Shown here one piece after another: positions 53,815 to 57,346 of a stretch of DNA of 57,346 nt. The notes beneath the pieces were generated by a model that had not been told where the DNA came from, did not search any database, and saw nothing but the letters and a program-made list of their open reading frames with translations. The DNA lies in the NCBI GenBank assembly GCA_964601675.1, contig CAZROF010000001.1:1-57346 (forward strand), read 5' to 3'. The translations under genes and the position numbers were made by a program. Source of the stretch: Candidatus Woesearchaeota archaeon. GTDB lineage: Archaea; Nanobdellota; Nanobdellia; Pacearchaeales; GW2011-AR1. Every line of letters begins with the position of its first letter. Positions within the stretch are counted from its first letter, which is position 1.

Positions 53815-54759
53815 ATGGCTTTACCAAAAGGATTCAAGGAGTTTTTAGTTAAGGGATTTATCTTAGCTAGCTTGTTCGTATTAATTCAACTAATCACAAT
53901 GGGGCTCGTCGCCAAAACCACCCTCCCCGGGAATCTAAAGCTCTTTGCAATGGATGACCTAGCAGAAGCCGCAATTTTTATGTTAGCTATCTTTATTGGA
54001 TTAAATAGGGATAAAATTTTGAAAATTAAAAGCTATTCTGTCGGAATCAAGACAAGAATCTCATCAGCAGCCTTAGTCATATTGGGGTTATCTGTTTATT
54101 TTGCATATAAGATATTTTTAATAACAAATATAGGATTGACTGCTAGCCACATCTATTCCCTTACAATAATAGAATATTTATTATTATTCATAACCTTATT
54201 TTTTCTTATTAGCCTAGTTTTTGGATTTAAATTTTGTAAGGATTTTTTTAAGGAATTCAAAGCTGGAATATTTTATGTTTTAACCGGAACAATAGTAGTA
54301 TATTCACTAACAAGAGAGTTTCAAAAACTCTGGGTTTACCTTAGCGGATTTGTAGGAAACTCTATTCATTATCTCTTAGGATTAATCGGAACCTCTTATC
54401 TTTATTATGTGAGGGACCTACCTATCATCTCTTTTAACGGCTTTACCATAGGCGTCGCACAAACCTGTTCTGGAATTGATTCTGTTTTATTATTTACCGG
54501 ATTATATCTAGGTATTCTAGCCTGGGACTGGAAATTGATAAATAAGAAAAAAGCCATTGCCGTATATTTTCCCGCACTCTTTGGGGTATTTGTCTTAGAT
54601 ATCATTAGAATTTTCTTACTAATACTAATTGGGGCTTATGTCTCGGAGAGTTTTGCCTTACATACATTCCATACCAACGCTGCATCATTCCTTTTTATTA
54701 TCTATTTCGCACTATTCTGGAAATTTAGCTATAATTGGATGAAAATTAAAAATAAGTAG
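53815..54759 (+). CDS. archaeosortase (exosortase/archaeosortase family; ArtC-like by substrate motif)
   Basis: About 8 TM helices. The catalytic-type motif is VAQTCSGIDS, with conserved Arg (LDIIRIF) and His (LHTFHTNA) positions. It neighbours three PEF-CTERM genes. Confidence 0.8.
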   Translation: MALPKGFKEFLVKGFILASLFVLIQLITMGLVAKTTLPGNLKLFAMDDLAEAAIFMLAIFIGLNRDKILKIKSYSVGIKTRISSAALVILGLSVYFAYKIFLITNIGLTASHIYSLTIIEYLLLFITLFFLISLVFGFKFCKDFFKEFKAGIFYVLTGTIVVYSLTREFQKLWVYLSGFVGNSIHYLLGLIGTSYLYYVRDLPIISFNGFTIGVAQTCSGIDSVLLFTGLYLGILAWDWKLINKKKAIAVYFPALFGVFVLDIIRIFLLILIGAYVSESFALHTFHTNAASFLFIIYFALFWKFSYNWMKIKNK

Positions 54760-54818
54760 TATACTTTTTTCACAATAAGATTTAAATAGTGATTTCATCC
54801 TTATTAAATAGTAACAAA

Positions 54819-56702
54819 ATGAAAGACAAGACACCATATTCAGAGGCATATAAGAGAAAGTATTATACTAAAAAAGAAGTAGGCACACCTAATCTAATTA
54901 AAAAAGAAAATTTAGTAGTCCCCAAAGAAAAACCTATAAAAGAAATTCACAATATATTTCCTAAGAAGAGAAATATAAGATTAGAGAGAAAAATATTTGC
55001 TCAAAAACTAAAGAATGAAAAAAAATCTCGTAAGAAAGCACTAAAAGAGGCTAAAAAAGAGGCTAGGATGATAGCAAGGGAGAACAAAAGGGAACTAAAA
55101 GAATCAATTAAGCAAGTAAAGAAAAAAGAAAAACTCGTAAAGGAAAGAAGGAAAAAGAAAGAGAAGCTTTTCAAGGAGAAAATAAAAACCGAACTAGCTG
55201 AAGAGAAAATGAAGAGAATACTCCTCGAAGAAAAGATTAGAAAAAAGTTGGCTCAGGAGAAATCTAGGAATAGACCCAAAGAAGAAAATTTCGTAGAAGA
55301 AGCAAGGGATGTATTAACTAGCAAAAAGGCTTTGAAAATTGAAAAGTATGTAGTATTTCTCTTTTATTTATTAGTTTTTTTAGGAGCGGGATATTTCCTA
55401 TTAATTAACACCAACCCTAATGCCATACCAAACAGTTTTTATAATTATGAACTATCCGCCTCTGATTCTATGATTTCTAGTAGTCTTAGGAGTTTATACC
55501 TAAAAGACCCAACGGCTCTGGGTGGCATAGCAGAAATCAACAATGAAAGTGCTAGAATGATTGTCTCCGAGAAACCTTTTAATTTTGTATTTAACCCAAA
55601 AAGAAAGATTGGGGAAAACGCAAGTGCAAACATTCAACTCTCCTTTATCAAATCCAATACAGAAATTTACCTAAATGACGAACTAATAATCCCTAACCTA
55701 GACGGTTTTGAAAGAGTTACAAACTTTAGCAATAAGGAGATTTGGGTAAGAGAAAATATGATAAAACCATTTTACATTAAAGAAAATAATACAGAAGATT
55801 TCATCTACGCAAACTTTCCCGGGAAAAGTATCTATTCTTTCGAAAAAATAAAAGGAGGAGCTCCAATAATCCCCGATTACACCAAAGAAGAAACTAGCAT
55901 TAATAAATATGGAAGATTCAGGGGAAATCTAAAACTGGCAGTCTACGCCGAAGGGGACTTGAACATCAATTTTGTAAAGCAAGATTTAAATTGGTATATA
56001 GGAAAAGACGAGTATACCGTAAAAATAACAGACCCCCAAGGAAATGTCTATCTAAATGAAACCTACTGGGATGACGGGGATAAGAAAGACAGTGGAAAGG
56101 GAGATTTTAAACAAAATATAGATGTCAGAGGGAAAAACCTCCCAAAGAATATTTACTATGTGACATTTACTAGAGACAAGAATAATAAAGCGGCCGATTC
56201 AACAATAGGGAATATTAAAATTAATTCTAATAAAGTTTTAATTGTCGGGAAAAGTTTGCCCCTAAGAGAATTCAACTTTTATACAGAGGTTGGCACTCCC
56301 GAGAAGATTGGATTTTATTATTGGCATAACAGAAAAAATCAGAAGATAAAAGTTACCGGGACAAAAAATATGACAATTGATTTAAATGAGAGCTGGAAAG
56401 GGAAAAGATATGAAGAAGAATTAACGAGAGGTCAATACTCCTTTGAAGCCTCAAAAGGGGATTTATGGATTTATTCTAATGCTATTTCTCCCTCAAAAGA
56501 AAGCTGGTTTTACCTCCCAAAAGAGGGAGAAGATAAAATGATTAATCAAGATGTCATAGTTCTTAATAGGAATAAACTTAAGATTGACGGTGATGATATG
56601 GTTTATAATGGGACTATCGCTATCCATGAGGGCGAAAAGATAAGAGTGCAGGTTCTTGACGGATTAAAGACATATTTTAAAAATATAAAATTGGTGATAT
56701 GA
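54819..56702 (+). CDS. type II membrane protein: Lys/Glu-rich cytoplasmic N-terminus, one TM, about 430-aa extracytoplasmic domain
   Basis: The start is taken at ATG 54819 (the track start is GTG). It has a K/E coiled-coil-like tract, then the TM helix VVFLFYLLVFLGAGYFLLI. No motif recognised. Confidence 0.45.
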   Translation: MKDKTPYSEAYKRKYYTKKEVGTPNLIKKENLVVPKEKPIKEIHNIFPKKRNIRLERKIFAQKLKNEKKSRKKALKEAKKEARMIARENKRELKESIKQVKKKEKLVKERRKKKEKLFKEKIKTELAEEKMKRILLEEKIRKKLAQEKSRNRPKEENFVEEARDVLTSKKALKIEKYVVFLFYLLVFLGAGYFLLINTNPNAIPNSFYNYELSASDSMISSSLRSLYLKDPTALGGIAEINNESARMIVSEKPFNFVFNPKRKIGENASANIQLSFIKSNTEIYLNDELIIPNLDGFERVTNFSNKEIWVRENMIKPFYIKENNTEDFIYANFPGKSIYSFEKIKGGAPIIPDYTKEETSINKYGRFRGNLKLAVYAEGDLNINFVKQDLNWYIGKDEYTVKITDPQGNVYLNETYWDDGDKKDSGKGDFKQNIDVRGKNLPKNIYYVTFTRDKNNKAADSTIGNIKINSNKVLIVGKSLPLREFNFYTEVGTPEKIGFYYWHNRKNQKIKVTGTKNMTIDLNESWKGKRYEEELTRGQYSFEASKGDLWIYSNAISPSKESWFYLPKEGEDKMINQDVIVLNRNKLKIDGDDMVYNGTIAIHEGEKIRVQVLDGLKTYFKNIKLVI

Positions 56703-56703
56703 G

Positions 56704-57346
56704 ATGGGAAATATAAAAAATTCTATTAGGATTATTGTTAATGGGGTTAGAAATATTGATTATTATAAGATTCTTCATCACTTTACCATCGGGATTGATT
56801 TTTTGTTTGCGATGTTTTTATTGATGAGCTATCTGGGAGATGCGATTAGTTCTTGGGCTGGGTTTATACCTTATTTCTTTTATTTTGTCGTCGCTATTAA
56901 TACTCTATTTTTTGCTTCAAAGATAAAAAAGATTCCTGAGGAGGATAGGGATGAGTCGAGTATGATTTATTATTTCTCACATTTCTTTTTATTGAGTTTG
57001 GTTATTATTGCGGTTAATCAGTTTTTGAAGAGGCCTTGGATTATTTCGCATTTGAATTATATTAGTGCCTTGAGTGTTGCTTTTGGATTTCTGACGTTTT
57101 ACGCTTATCGGGATCGGGTTGAGAGGGAGATTGAGGACGAGAGGGTTAGTGAAGAGAGAGCGGAGAAGAAGAGGTTGGCGGAGTTTGATTGGAAGTTTCC
57201 TTTTCTGAAGAGGTTTGATTTTTCTTATGGGTTTGAGAGGTTTTGGAAGGAGAGACGGTTTTTTATGTTGTTTTTGGCGGGGGTGTTTTGCCCGTTTGTG
57301 TTTTTGGGTCGGTTGCCGTATGTTTTGGGACGGTGGGGGTATGGGG
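56704..57346 (+). CDS. partial polytopic membrane protein, open to the window edge
   Basis: ATG at 56704 with an open frame to 57346 (no stop, so absent from the track). It has several TM segments and extremely G/T-ending codons. Confidence 0.4.
   Translation, partial: MGNIKNSIRIIVNGVRNIDYYKILHHFTIGIDFLFAMFLLMSYLGDAISSWAGFIPYFFYFVVAINTLFFASKIKKIPEEDRDESSMIYYFSHFFLLSLVIIAVNQFLKRPWIISHLNYISALSVAFGFLTFYAYRDRVEREIEDERVSEERAEKKRLAEFDWKFPFLKRFDFSYGFERFWKERRFFMLFLAGVFCPFVFLGRLPYVLGRWGYG

Overview
AT-rich, gene-dense archaeal chromosome segment. The gene content looks like a small-genome, DPANN-like archaeon: archaeal-type TyrRS, TrpRS and ThrRS with the archaeal editing domain, Elp3, an archaeosortase, and TATA-like boxes about 20-30 nt upstream of most ATGs. 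All calls are by-eye motif reading of the sequence and ORF track; no searches or statistics were run.

Layout:
- 1-160: 5' end of a 23S rRNA on the minus strand, running off the left edge, with no 16S upstream.
- 0.3-23 kb: housekeeping core. It holds VKOR, an HTH-iscS-DUF1858-iscU Fe-S operon, a small ferredoxin missed by the ORF track, LemA/HtpX, a PvcA/Dit1-like protein, trxB, tyrS, PP-loop proteins, MFS, ABC-F, an ABC exporter, a receptor with a degenerate cyclase domain, trpS and a KaiC-like ATPase.
- 23,013-35,440: a 12.4-kb element. It is bounded by perfect 17-bp inverted repeats and a 9-bp direct duplication, and carries an IS4/IS5-type DDE transposase plus about 11 kb of passenger genes. 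The passengers form an unusual small-molecule or glycan-tailoring cluster: stand-alone TrpF, a beta-RFAP-synthase-like GHMP protein, a three-piece split PEP-synthase-like phosphotransferase, a PaaK-like ligase, an SDR fusion, a PLP decarboxylase, a CN-hydrolase, a methyltransferase with an in-frame TAG, and a Nudix hydrolase.
- 35.4-42.6 kb: core again (HD-GYP-like, thrS, Trm9-like methyltransferase, frameshifted HD hydrolase, Elp3).
- 42.8-57.3 kb: a cell-surface locus. It holds an archaeosortase, three small PEF-CTERM proteins, a GT39/ArnT-like glycosyltransferase and several very large secreted or anchored proteins.

Synonymous codon choice in the core depends on which chromosome strand a gene sits on. 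That imprint appears to reverse polarity around 44-47 kb and is absent inside the transposon. I found no tRNA gene and no CRISPR array.
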